Sequence record: DRR723986_585
DNA: 27,830 nucleotides
Strand: one strand, 5' to 3'
Position numbers and translations under genes: made by a program. The notes beneath the pieces are model-generated. The model did not search any database, was not told where the DNA came from, and was given only the letters and a program-made list of their open reading frames with translations. Positions 17,793 to 26,074 of the stretch are shown here, one piece after another (the stretch's first letter is position 1; the number at the start of each line of letters is the position of its first letter).

Positions 17793-20128
17793 TTTTTAAC
17801 ATGTTTAGATTTATTGATTATATATCCGGCTTGATCTTTCAAAATAAACAGATATACACCTGGTTTAAGCGCACTTAAATCAAGTTTTGAAGCTAGAGGT
17901 GTATTAAGAACTTGCCTTCCGGTCAAGTCATAAACCACCAATTCCGCGATTAAATCCCCATCATAAAAGACCTCATTATCAAAAGGATTAGGATAAAGAT
18001 CAATTTGATCTGCTACAGGCGCTTCACCTAAAATTGAAAAGTCTGTAATTGAAAAATAGTCAAATGCCGCTTCGGCAATATTCAAAGTAGCATCATAATC
18101 TGATATAGAGACAACCAATTGCATATTATTGGTTAGCGTTGTCGTTGCTGGAATCTCAATTGAATAGCTCAGCCACTGACTTAACACAGTATTTCCTGTG
18201 TGAATCTTTGCCAGATTCACCGTTTCCAATCCGTTATACAAATCAACAAAGAGCGTGTCATCTGGATTTGGTGCACCGAATTTATTGAAGTAAAAGGCTT
18301 TAAAATTTACATGCGGATTAGTATAAGCTGTCAAATCCATTAAAGGACTGAGCAAAACCGTTTGCCCTTGCCCTACTTCATCTGTATTACTTGCTGAGGA
18401 ACTGTTTCCTGTAACATATGCTTTATCACCGCAATCCTGATCAGTATCAGAAAAAGGATTTTCAATTAAACCGTTCAATTCAACCCCCAACGGAACATCT
18501 CTTACCCAATGGCCTTTTGCTGCATCACCGTAAACTGACCATCCAAAATCCAATGAAAAATCGTCATAAATTCCTTGATCTAAATAGATTGTAATTCCCA
18601 TATTACTATTATCAATTAGGGTATCGACAAAACATTCGGTTACATGACCCCATTTACCTGCAATGAGGTCGTAATTGTCTTGGTAATACATCCCAATATT
18701 TGCTTCACCATTCACATCCGTCAAACCTTGATGAGACACGTAAGTATGATTAAGTACTACTTCTACATCCTCAATTGGATTTAAGGTTACAGCATCTAAA
18801 ACCGTAACCGTTAAATTGTATTGTGGAATTTTCTGTAAAACTACATCCTGAACCGTTACACTCCCTTCTATTAGATTCTGGCTGATCGTTTGCGGGAAAT
18901 ATAAAACTTTAAAATAGGTCACATCATAGGTACCTGAGCTTTCAATACCAGTTGCATAATCACCGATAACGTTAGAAAAATCTTGAATATTTTGCCCATC
19001 AATAGTCACTTCAACATTGTTAAGCGGATTTGAGGTTCCAAATTCTGTGACATTCCCTTCAAGATAAGCCCCCTCATGCATATTTGCACCTAAAATAAAC
19101 AAGCCTTCTTGACGGTCAGTTGCCAGAATATTCCCTGAACTAAAAAACGGATAAGCGCCCCAACAACCCACAGAACCTGGCTGATTTAAAGGTGATGTAT
19201 CAAAATTTGCGACTTCAATTAAATTATGCGGTCTAGCAATATCATGAATTACTATCCCATCTGCATAGTATGATGTCACTAGATAATCACCAAGAACATG
19301 ACTATTGTGTGGCATGATATTATTTCCTGGTGAAGATTGAATTTTATCTAAATACTTGATATTAGAAGGATCTGAGACATCATAACTACCAATATAACCT
19401 CCAGAAACCTCATCAGTTGTAAAGGCATAATTTCCGTTGGTACTTGTCCAGATGTTATGGGTAAAAACAGACGGTGTTGAGGAAGTACCTAACAAAACCG
19501 GGTTGGCTTTATCAGTTAAATCAACAATGCTAAAAAAGCCGTCATTGATGTGCGCGAAATAGCCTGTATCATTTATGACGTATCCATCATGTGCATACCA
19601 GGTATCAAATTCTCCAACTTCAACTGGATTCATTGGATCTGTCGTAACATCCAAAATCACTACGCCTCCGTTCCCTCTACCAACACCAAAAATATAAGCA
19701 TACCCATTCTCTTCATAGATATTATGTGCAGACAACCAAGGATTACCTGAAGGTCCAGAATACAGACCTGTTGTAAAAGTGGATGACGCTGGCAAAGGAC
19801 TTAAATCAATAATTCTTAATCCCTCATCAGCTTCAGTTGTCACGTATGCGTAATCGCCTGAAACTTTAATATCTCTCCAAACCGAATTCATACCAGGTAT
19901 CCAAGCAATCTCAGTAGCAGCGGCAGGAGAAGTAACATCAACTATACTGATTCCATCCTCTGTTCCTACTAAGGCATATTCATTTCCATTCTCATCTGTA
20001 TATCCCCAAATATCATTGCAAACAGTTGAGTGTACATCAGGAATATCAAGATATCCGAGTTGATTCATATTCAATTGAGAAAACCCAACAAGTGAAGAAA
20101 ATACGAATAGCAGCGTTAGTTTATACAT
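17789..20128 (-). CDS. Choice-of-anchor B / LVIVD-repeat T9SS cargo protein
   Basis: NDIWGY..EYALVG, WRDIK, TTDE, WGAYPFF motifs; two carboxypeptidase-regulatory-like beta domains; CTD LYPNPF..VYDLTGR..PGVY. Confidence 0.88.
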   Translation of the reverse strand: MYKLTLLFVFSSLVGFSQLNMNQLGYLDIPDVHSTVCNDIWGYTDENGNEYALVGTEDGISIVDVTSPAAATEIAWIPGMNSVWRDIKVSGDYAYVTTEADEGLRIIDLSPLPASSTFTTGLYSGPSGNPWLSAHNIYEENGYAYIFGVGRGNGGVVILDVTTDPMNPVEVGEFDTWYAHDGYVINDTGYFAHINDGFFSIVDLTDKANPVLLGTSSTPSVFTHNIWTSTNGNYAFTTDEVSGGYIGSYDVSDPSNIKYLDKIQSSPGNNIMPHNSHVLGDYLVTSYYADGIVIHDIARPHNLIEVANFDTSPLNQPGSVGCWGAYPFFSSGNILATDRQEGLFILGANMHEGAYLEGNVTEFGTSNPLNNVEVTIDGQNIQDFSNVIGDYATGIESSGTYDVTYFKVLYFPQTISQNLIEGSVTVQDVVLQKIPQYNLTVTVLDAVTLNPIEDVEVVLNHTYVSHQGLTDVNGEANIGMYYQDNYDLIAGKWGHVTECFVDTLIDNSNMGITIYLDQGIYDDFSLDFGWSVYGDAAKGHWVRDVPLGVELNGLIENPFSDTDQDCGDKAYVTGNSSSASNTDEVGQGQTVLLSPLMDLTAYTNPHVNFKAFYFNKFGAPNPDDTLFVDLYNGLETVNLAKIHTGNTVLSQWLSYSIEIPATTTLTNNMQLVVSISDYDATLNIAEAAFDYFSITDFSILGEAPVADQIDLYPNPFDNEVFYDGDLIAELVVYDLTGRQVLNTPLASKLDLSALKPGVYLFILKDQAGYIINKSKHVKK

Positions 20129-20201
20129 TAATCAAGATTCTTCTTAAAATTAGGCATTTGTAAAGGTCAGAACAAATTATTTTGACTTTTGTGCAAATTA
20201 T

Positions 20202-20804
20202 TTACTCTGCTTCTTTTTTTATAGACTCCCAAGTAGTGTACATTGATTCTTGAGAAGGACGATTCGGCTCTATTGCCCTTAATGGTTCAACTTCTTTCAA
20301 AGTTGCTTGGCATTCAGCAGGTAACTTTTGATAAAGCGCTGTTCCCATAGTTTTCCAAGACAACATTTCATCACTTACTTGTTTGATGACTTTTGCTGGA
20401 TTACCTACAACTAGTGAACGCTTAGGAATTACCATTTTCGCAGGAACAAAACTTAAGGCCCCAACAATGGATTCGTCTCCGATTTCAACGTCATCCATCA
20501 AAACGGCATTCATGCCGATTAAACAATTCTCTCCCAAATTTGCACCATGAATTATTGCACCATGACCTACATGAGCTCCTTTTTTAAGAACAACTGTCTT
20601 TCCTGGAAACATATGGACTGTGCAATTTTCTTGAACATTACAACCATCCTCGATAATGATCTGTCCCCAATCTCCTCTTAATGCACAAGAGGGACCTATA
20701 TAGACATCTTTGCCGATAATAACGTTCCCAGTTACAGTAGCTTGGTGATGAACAAAAGAAGATTCATCTACCACCGGAATAAACCCATTAAACTCAAAAA
20801 TCAT
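20202..20804 (-). CDS. Gamma-carbonic-anhydrase-like hexapeptide-repeat protein (PaaY/CaiE-like)
   Basis: LRGDWG, NVQENCTVH, HVGHGAIIHG (metal His ligands), LVVGNPAK. Confidence 0.88.
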   Translation of the reverse strand: MIFEFNGFIPVVDESSFVHHQATVTGNVIIGKDVYIGPSCALRGDWGQIIIEDGCNVQENCTVHMFPGKTVVLKKGAHVGHGAIIHGANLGENCLIGMNAVLMDDVEIGDESIVGALSFVPAKMVIPKRSLVVGNPAKVIKQVSDEMLSWKTMGTALYQKLPAECQATLKEVEPLRAIEPNRPSQESMYTTWESIKKEAE

Positions 20805-20818
20805 ACAGTCTGTTTGAC

Positions 20819-21541
20819 CTAAAGATAATCATCTTGATTTAGACCTTCAGCATAAAGCTTTTTAATTCCAAAATAGAAATAGCTTATTCCTGCAATCATT
20901 AAAACATGACTCAGGTCATTTTTATCGAACCAGGGATGCAAATTGATCTTCATCAAGAATACAAAGGCAGATGGCAACATGACTAAAACACCAAGTGCAA
21001 AATACTTGTAATTCAATGACAACTGCTTTTTCTTATATAAATACCAACCTATTCCACCAGCTGTGGCAGAAACACCTAAAATGGTATTTATGGCAATTGG
21101 AAGGAAACCGAGCTCTGGCTTTTCATACAATGGAGCATTAAATAAAACAAGAATCCAAACTGTCAAAACAATCATCAATTTCCAAAACGAAATCCCCTTC
21201 AATAATTTGACGGATTTTTTGTCAGGATGTGCAGCTATCATAGCTTGTTCCAGCGCATAAACTGAAACCGGTCCTGCAAACCAAGTTGGTATTTTTCCAA
21301 ATACTCCCCAGTAATTATAGAATCCATGTGCTAAACCTCCGTAGAATGCACCAACTCCGAAAATTAGGAAAAACCACATCCAATAATTATAAAATGGATG
21401 ACTTGTTTTAAATCGTGAAAGTTTTATACCGAAATAGATGCTTAATCCGCCCATAATACTGTCGGTGATTATGGCCATAGGTTCGAGCATCTTCCACCCC
21501 ATAAAAGTGAACTCGATTTTCTCAAAATCTGCAAAAATCAT
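20819..21541 (-). CDS. 7TM membrane protein (DUF6962-like)
   Basis: About 7 hydrophobic segments; EP..ITD, GGLAHG and FDKNDLSH motifs. Confidence 0.7.
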   Translation of the reverse strand: MIFADFEKIEFTFMGWKMLEPMAIITDSIMGGLSIYFGIKLSRFKTSHPFYNYWMWFFLIFGVGAFYGGLAHGFYNYWGVFGKIPTWFAGPVSVYALEQAMIAAHPDKKSVKLLKGISFWKLMIVLTVWILVLFNAPLYEKPELGFLPIAINTILGVSATAGGIGWYLYKKKQLSLNYKYFALGVLVMLPSAFVFLMKINLHPWFDKNDLSHVLMIAGISYFYFGIKKLYAEGLNQDDYL

Positions 21542-21554
21542 ATTAAAACCCTAC

Positions 21555-22514
21555 TTACTTTCCTTTGAAAACGCCCATTTCACAGAATTTTTCGATTCTC
21601 TTCTCTACGCGTTTGGCAGGGTCCATTTTAGTTAATTTAGAAAGGTTCTTTTGAATAGACTTTTTAACGTTATCAAAAGTTTCTGCTCTAAATCTGTGTG
21701 CACCTCCTACTGGTTCTTCGATTACCTCATCAACAATTTTTAAGGCTTTCATATCCGTTGAAGTCAATTTCAATGCTTCAGCAGCTTTTTCTTTGAAATC
21801 CCAACTTCTCCATAATATCGTTGAACAGTTTTCAGGTGAAATTACTGAATACCAAGAATTCTCTAACATAATTACACGATCTCCAACACCTATACCTAAG
21901 GCTCCACCTGAAGCTCCTTCACCGATAATGATGCAAATAATTGGCACTTTAATATTCATCATTTCATAAATATTACGTGCAATTGCTTCACCTTGCCCTC
22001 TTTCTTCAGCCTCCAATCCAGGAAATGCACCTGGTGTATCAATTAAAGTAACAATTGGTTTATTAAATTTTTCAGCCAATTTGAATAAGCGTAATGCTTT
22101 TCTATACCCCTCAGGGTTTGGCATTCCGAAGTTTCTATATTGACGTTTTTTGGTGTTCGACCCTTTTTGCTGACCAACGAACATTACTGTCTGGCCATCT
22201 AATTGCCCAAATCCACCAACCATGGCTTTGTCGTCTTTAACGTTTCGATCACCATGTAATTCTATGAAATCTCCTCCGGTCAAAGCCTCAATATACTCTA
22301 AAGTATATGGACGATCTGGATGTCTAGACAACTGAACTCTTTGCCAAGGTGTCAGTTTACTATAAATTTCTTGTGTAGTTGATTTTAATTTTTTCTCAAG
22401 ATCCTTTACCATTTTAGAGGTATCTACCCCACTATTGGTTTCGATCTCTTTTGCTTTAGCAATTTCTTCATCAATTGCTGAAATTGGTTCTTCAAATTCT
22501 AAATAATTGGCCAT
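21555..22514 (-). CDS. accA: Acetyl-CoA carboxylase carboxyltransferase alpha subunit
   Basis: [46 protein letters not shown]. Confidence 0.98.
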   Translation of the reverse strand: MANYLEFEEPISAIDEEIAKAKEIETNSGVDTSKMVKDLEKKLKSTTQEIYSKLTPWQRVQLSRHPDRPYTLEYIEALTGGDFIELHGDRNVKDDKAMVGGFGQLDGQTVMFVGQQKGSNTKKRQYRNFGMPNPEGYRKALRLFKLAEKFNKPIVTLIDTPGAFPGLEAEERGQGEAIARNIYEMMNIKVPIICIIIGEGASGGALGIGVGDRVIMLENSWYSVISPENCSTILWRSWDFKEKAAEALKLTSTDMKALKIVDEVIEEPVGGAHRFRAETFDNVKKSIQKNLSKLTKMDPAKRVEKRIEKFCEMGVFKGK

Positions 22515-22555
22515 TTTTCTTGCTTTGGTTCTGACTTTTCTAAAAGTCGAAGGTT

Positions 22556-22563
22556 CAAATTTA
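22556..22563 (-). promoter_or_regulatory. Candidate -7 promoter element for accA
   Basis: Minus strand reads TAAATTTG, an exact TAnnTTTG match, 41 nt upstream of the ATG. Confidence 0.6.
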
Positions 22564-22632
22564 CTATTTTTTCAGAAGCCTAGTCTGAAGTTTCTTGTAA
22601 AATTTCAGACTATATTCGTATAAATTAGCACT

Positions 22633-23403
22633 GTGATTGCATATTCAAACGCAAAAATAAATATCGGTTTAAACATAAGGGATAAACGCCCAGATGGTTA
22701 TCACAATATCGAAAGCCTGTTTTATCCAATTCCATTGTGCGATTTAATTGAGATTATTCCTGGTCACAAAGATTCCTTTATGAATACTGGAATTCAAATA
22801 GATCATCAAAACAACCTCATTTTAGATGCAATTGCTTTAATCCGCGAACATTACCCGATACCGCCGCTTTATGTTCATGTTCATAAAGCAATTCCATTAG
22901 GTTCAGGACTTGGAGGAGGCTCCTCAAATGCCTCACACACTCTAATAATTTTGAATCGACTTTTTGATCTTCAAATTTCAAATGATCTACTGGCAGAATT
23001 TGCTTTACAACTAGGAAGCGATTGTCCTTTTTTTATTCACAATAAACCTAGTATTGTCAAGGGAAGAGGAGAATTCGTTTCGCCGATCGAATTTACCTTG
23101 AAAGATCAATTTATCAAATTGGTTTTCAGTGATATTCATAGCTCAACTGCTGATGCCTTTTCAAACCTTAACATTGAATCAGATCAAGAATTTAGTATTG
23201 ACGAGAATTGGCCAAAGACCGTAAGCAATGATTTTGAAAAAGGAATCTTTAAAGTATATCCACAACTCGGTCAAATTAAAAGTCAATTAATAGAAGATGG
23301 CGCCTATTTTGCATCACTAACGGGAACGGGTTCTTGTGTTTATGGGATTTATGAAAACCAACCAATTATTTCATCCTCAAAGGAAAGAGTTTTCAAGTTA
23401 TAA
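22633..23403 (+). CDS. ispE: 4-diphosphocytidyl-2-C-methyl-D-erythritol kinase
   Basis: AKINIGL, RPDGYH, IPLGSGLGGGSSNA (GHMP ATP loop), LGSDCPFF, GRGE, NDFE, LTGTGS; GTG start. Confidence 0.95.
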   Translation: MIAYSNAKINIGLNIRDKRPDGYHNIESLFYPIPLCDLIEIIPGHKDSFMNTGIQIDHQNNLILDAIALIREHYPIPPLYVHVHKAIPLGSGLGGGSSNASHTLIILNRLFDLQISNDLLAEFALQLGSDCPFFIHNKPSIVKGRGEFVSPIEFTLKDQFIKLVFSDIHSSTADAFSNLNIESDQEFSIDENWPKTVSNDFEKGIFKVYPQLGQIKSQLIEDGAYFASLTGTGSCVYGIYENQPIISSSKERVFKL

Positions 23404-24384
23404 CACCCATAAGTTTTGCCCCTTACTTAAGCCATACGTGTTGAGATAGATCAGAATATCACCTTGGGTTTCTTCATTTTTTGGCCAATTGGTCAATAAA
23501 GATTTTTTTTCATGGACTAAACCTTCTAATGGCTTCACCATTTCATTTGATTCCACACGACCAGGATTAAGATCAAACCACTCAAAATCAACTTCTAATT
23601 CTTGTAATAGTTTAGCAACCAGCTTCCCCTTGTCTCCTGCCCCAATCAGTTGAACAGACTCATTTTCTGACAATTCTAACCGTACAAAATAACTAAGCTT
23701 TAATTTGAAAAAAGATGCTTGTTGATAAATCTCTGAATTTCTTGAGGTCCTTTTGGGATGCTCTCTCCATAAATGAGTCATTTTATTCAAACGTTCAATT
23801 TTATAGCCATGTTCATACCATTTTAATAGCATGTCGTAATCCTCCGGATACTTCAATTTTGATAGTTGAATTTTATCCTCAAAACAACTTCTATGCACCA
23901 ACCAATTTGGAGATGCAACCGCACATTCTCGGTACATCTCAGCATCATAATTTTCAATTGAATTGAGCCAGTTTTGGTAATCCAAATATCCCGCAGAGAC
24001 TTTGTCTTCAGAGAAATACTGGACTTCACCAGTTTGCACCACATCTTTTCGATAGTTCAAGGCCTTCATCAAATCAAAGAGCTTATTCGGTGGCATAATA
24101 TCATCTGCATCCATCCTGTGAATAAATTGACCTTTGCTTACTATAAAAGCCTGGTTTAAGGCGTCAATTATTCCCGTTCCATTATTTGATTCTATTCTAA
24201 TTCGCTGATCCAATCTGGCATAGAACCTTATTTTCTCAACAGAGCCGTCCGTAGATCCATCATCCACTACCAACAACTCCCAATTCTCAAAACGCTGTTC
24301 CATGATTGATTGAACACATTCATCAATCCAAAATTCAGCATTCTTAAGAGGCATTAAAATTGATATCTCTGGGTCTTGACTCAT
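23398..24384 (-). CDS. Glycosyltransferase family 2 with a C-terminal Rossmann-like domain
   Basis: ISILMP, VDDGSTD, RMDADD, PEDYD; C-terminal IGAGDKGK. Confidence 0.9.
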   Translation of the reverse strand: MSQDPEISILMPLKNAEFWIDECVQSIMEQRFENWELLVVDDGSTDGSVEKIRFYARLDQRIRIESNNGTGIIDALNQAFIVSKGQFIHRMDADDIMPPNKLFDLMKALNYRKDVVQTGEVQYFSEDKVSAGYLDYQNWLNSIENYDAEMYRECAVASPNWLVHRSCFEDKIQLSKLKYPEDYDMLLKWYEHGYKIERLNKMTHLWREHPKRTSRNSEIYQQASFFKLKLSYFVRLELSENESVQLIGAGDKGKLVAKLLQELEVDFEWFDLNPGRVESNEMVKPLEGLVHEKKSLLTNWPKNEETQGDILIYLNTYGLSKGQNLWVL

Positions 24385-24443
24385 TATTGTGGAATAATCT
24401 TTGTTACCTACAAAACAAATGAACTTATACTAGAAAACAGACC

Positions 24444-25049
24444 ATGAACAGAAAAGAATTCATAATCACATCTTCAATCGCAGCTTTTTCACTTTCAACA
24501 TTTGGTAAAGTTATTGAAAACGAAAACAACAATTTTAACGGAGATTGTACTACTACTGATGATATTTTAGGCCCCTTTTATAGGAAGAATGCCCCACTGC
24601 GAGACAATTTGATTTTTGAAGGACTAGCTGGAAACCGAATAACTGTTAATGGTAATGTTTATACAGATGATTGTAAAACACCACTGTCTAACGCACTTGT
24701 AGAAATCTGGCATTGTAATGCTAATGGTGAATACGATAACAAATCATCAAAAATGCTTCACAGAGCAAGTTGGGTCTCTAATAAAAAAGGAGAATACAGC
24801 TTTAAAACTATACTACCTGGAAAATATTTAAATGGCAAACTATACCGACCTTCACACATTCATTTCAGGATTACTGCTGAAGGACACAAAGAGTTAATCT
24901 CACAAATTTACTTTGCTGGTGACCCGCATATTACAGAAGATCCATGGGCATCTCAAGCAAAAGCCGTTCATAGAATTCTGCCTGTTTCTCCCATTGATAT
25001 AGATGGAAGTCTTGCAGTTAAATTCGATATTTACTTAGAAAAAGGTTGA
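24444..25049 (+). CDS. Intradiol ring-cleavage dioxygenase family protein, probably exported
   Basis: LGPFY, VEIWHCNANGEY, TILPGKY, RPSHIHF, LISQIYF; Tat-like leader MNRKEF. Confidence 0.88.
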   Translation: MNRKEFIITSSIAAFSLSTFGKVIENENNNFNGDCTTTDDILGPFYRKNAPLRDNLIFEGLAGNRITVNGNVYTDDCKTPLSNALVEIWHCNANGEYDNKSSKMLHRASWVSNKKGEYSFKTILPGKYLNGKLYRPSHIHFRITAEGHKELISQIYFAGDPHITEDPWASQAKAVHRILPVSPIDIDGSLAVKFDIYLEKG

Positions 25050-25907
25050 TTACTTTTCAACTGTAGGATAAAGTCCTCTTAGCCCCATATCAACCACATA
25101 GTCGCCAGCATTAGGCTCGTAGAAACCATCTTGATTGACGTCATACCATTCAAAGCTTTCATTCGTTGAAAAATTCATATTCAGGATGATATCACTAGTT
25201 TCTTCACCCGTAATGGTAAATCCTCCTGGAAATTCACCAGTAACAACACATGATCCTGGAGGAATTGGAGAGGTATCCGCTAAAGGATTCGGTACAGTTG
25301 TGGCTCCAGCATCACCTTCAAACATAAACCCAAGCGTTTCAAAAGCCCAGTAGCCTTGAGACTTATTACCATTTACAGTAACGGTCTGCTGATCAACTTG
25401 ATGAGATGTTATATATGTATTAAATCCAACAAAAGATGCCAAACGACCCGTATAATCTGCGCCGGATTCTCTGAATTGAATATCTCCATTTTGATAAGTT
25501 AATGATACCCGCAACCATTCATACGTTCCTGGAGCAATAGTAAAAAGTGGTATCACCACCATTACTTCGTCATTACCAACAATTGCAGCTTTACTAAAAT
25601 CAACTGCCTTAGATCCTCCAACTGTGGTTTCATCTCCTACGTAGATAATTTCACCAGATTCCAGTGGTGTATACGCATTTGGTGCAAGTTCTATATAATG
25701 GGCACTCATGGAATGAATCACCGGAGATTGAGTAGAATGTTCTGGCGGAACAGTAGCTGGTTGTCCAAAATTATCTAATCGTGGTAAGGTTGAATCAAAT
25801 TTAATCTTGACAATTAAATTTGCATTAGTAGGTTCTTTTGGATCATCTTTTTTACAAGCTGCCATGCTCAATCCACAGAGAACAAAAATTAGAGCTTTTA
25901 ATTTCAT
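25050..25907 (-). CDS. Hypothetical surface lipoprotein
   Basis: Lipobox MAA-C followed by KKDD (Bacteroidota lipoprotein export signal-like); beta-rich. Confidence 0.75.
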   Translation of the reverse strand: MKLKALIFVLCGLSMAACKKDDPKEPTNANLIVKIKFDSTLPRLDNFGQPATVPPEHSTQSPVIHSMSAHYIELAPNAYTPLESGEIIYVGDETTVGGSKAVDFSKAAIVGNDEVMVVIPLFTIAPGTYEWLRVSLTYQNGDIQFRESGADYTGRLASFVGFNTYITSHQVDQQTVTVNGNKSQGYWAFETLGFMFEGDAGATTVPNPLADTSPIPPGSCVVTGEFPGGFTITGEETSDIILNMNFSTNESFEWYDVNQDGFYEPNAGDYVVDMGLRGLYPTVEK

Positions 25908-26045
25908 AATAAATCGGTTATGGTTTAAAAGTAATCATTCACTCACAATTCACATTTCATTCTCCGAACAATTAACATTTTCACCAGCTATCGTGAATAA
26001 ATGAGCCTTTGCATGATTATTCAATTACTATACCGTTGCTTTTGT

Positions 26046-26053
26046 TATTTTTG
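26046..26053 (+). promoter_or_regulatory. Candidate -7 promoter element for the S41 protease gene
   Basis: TATTTTTG matches TAnnTTTG, 21 nt before the ATG at 26075. Confidence 0.5.
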
Positions 26054-26074
26054 ATGGGTAACCTATTTTGTCAT

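Noticed and set aside
2617..26004. Short alternative ORFs in the track (60-89 aa; e.g. 2617-2841, 8934-9200, 13150-13416, 25135-25353, 25807-26004)
   Set aside because: They overlap well-supported genes antisense or out of frame and have no recognisable motifs; shadow ORFs.
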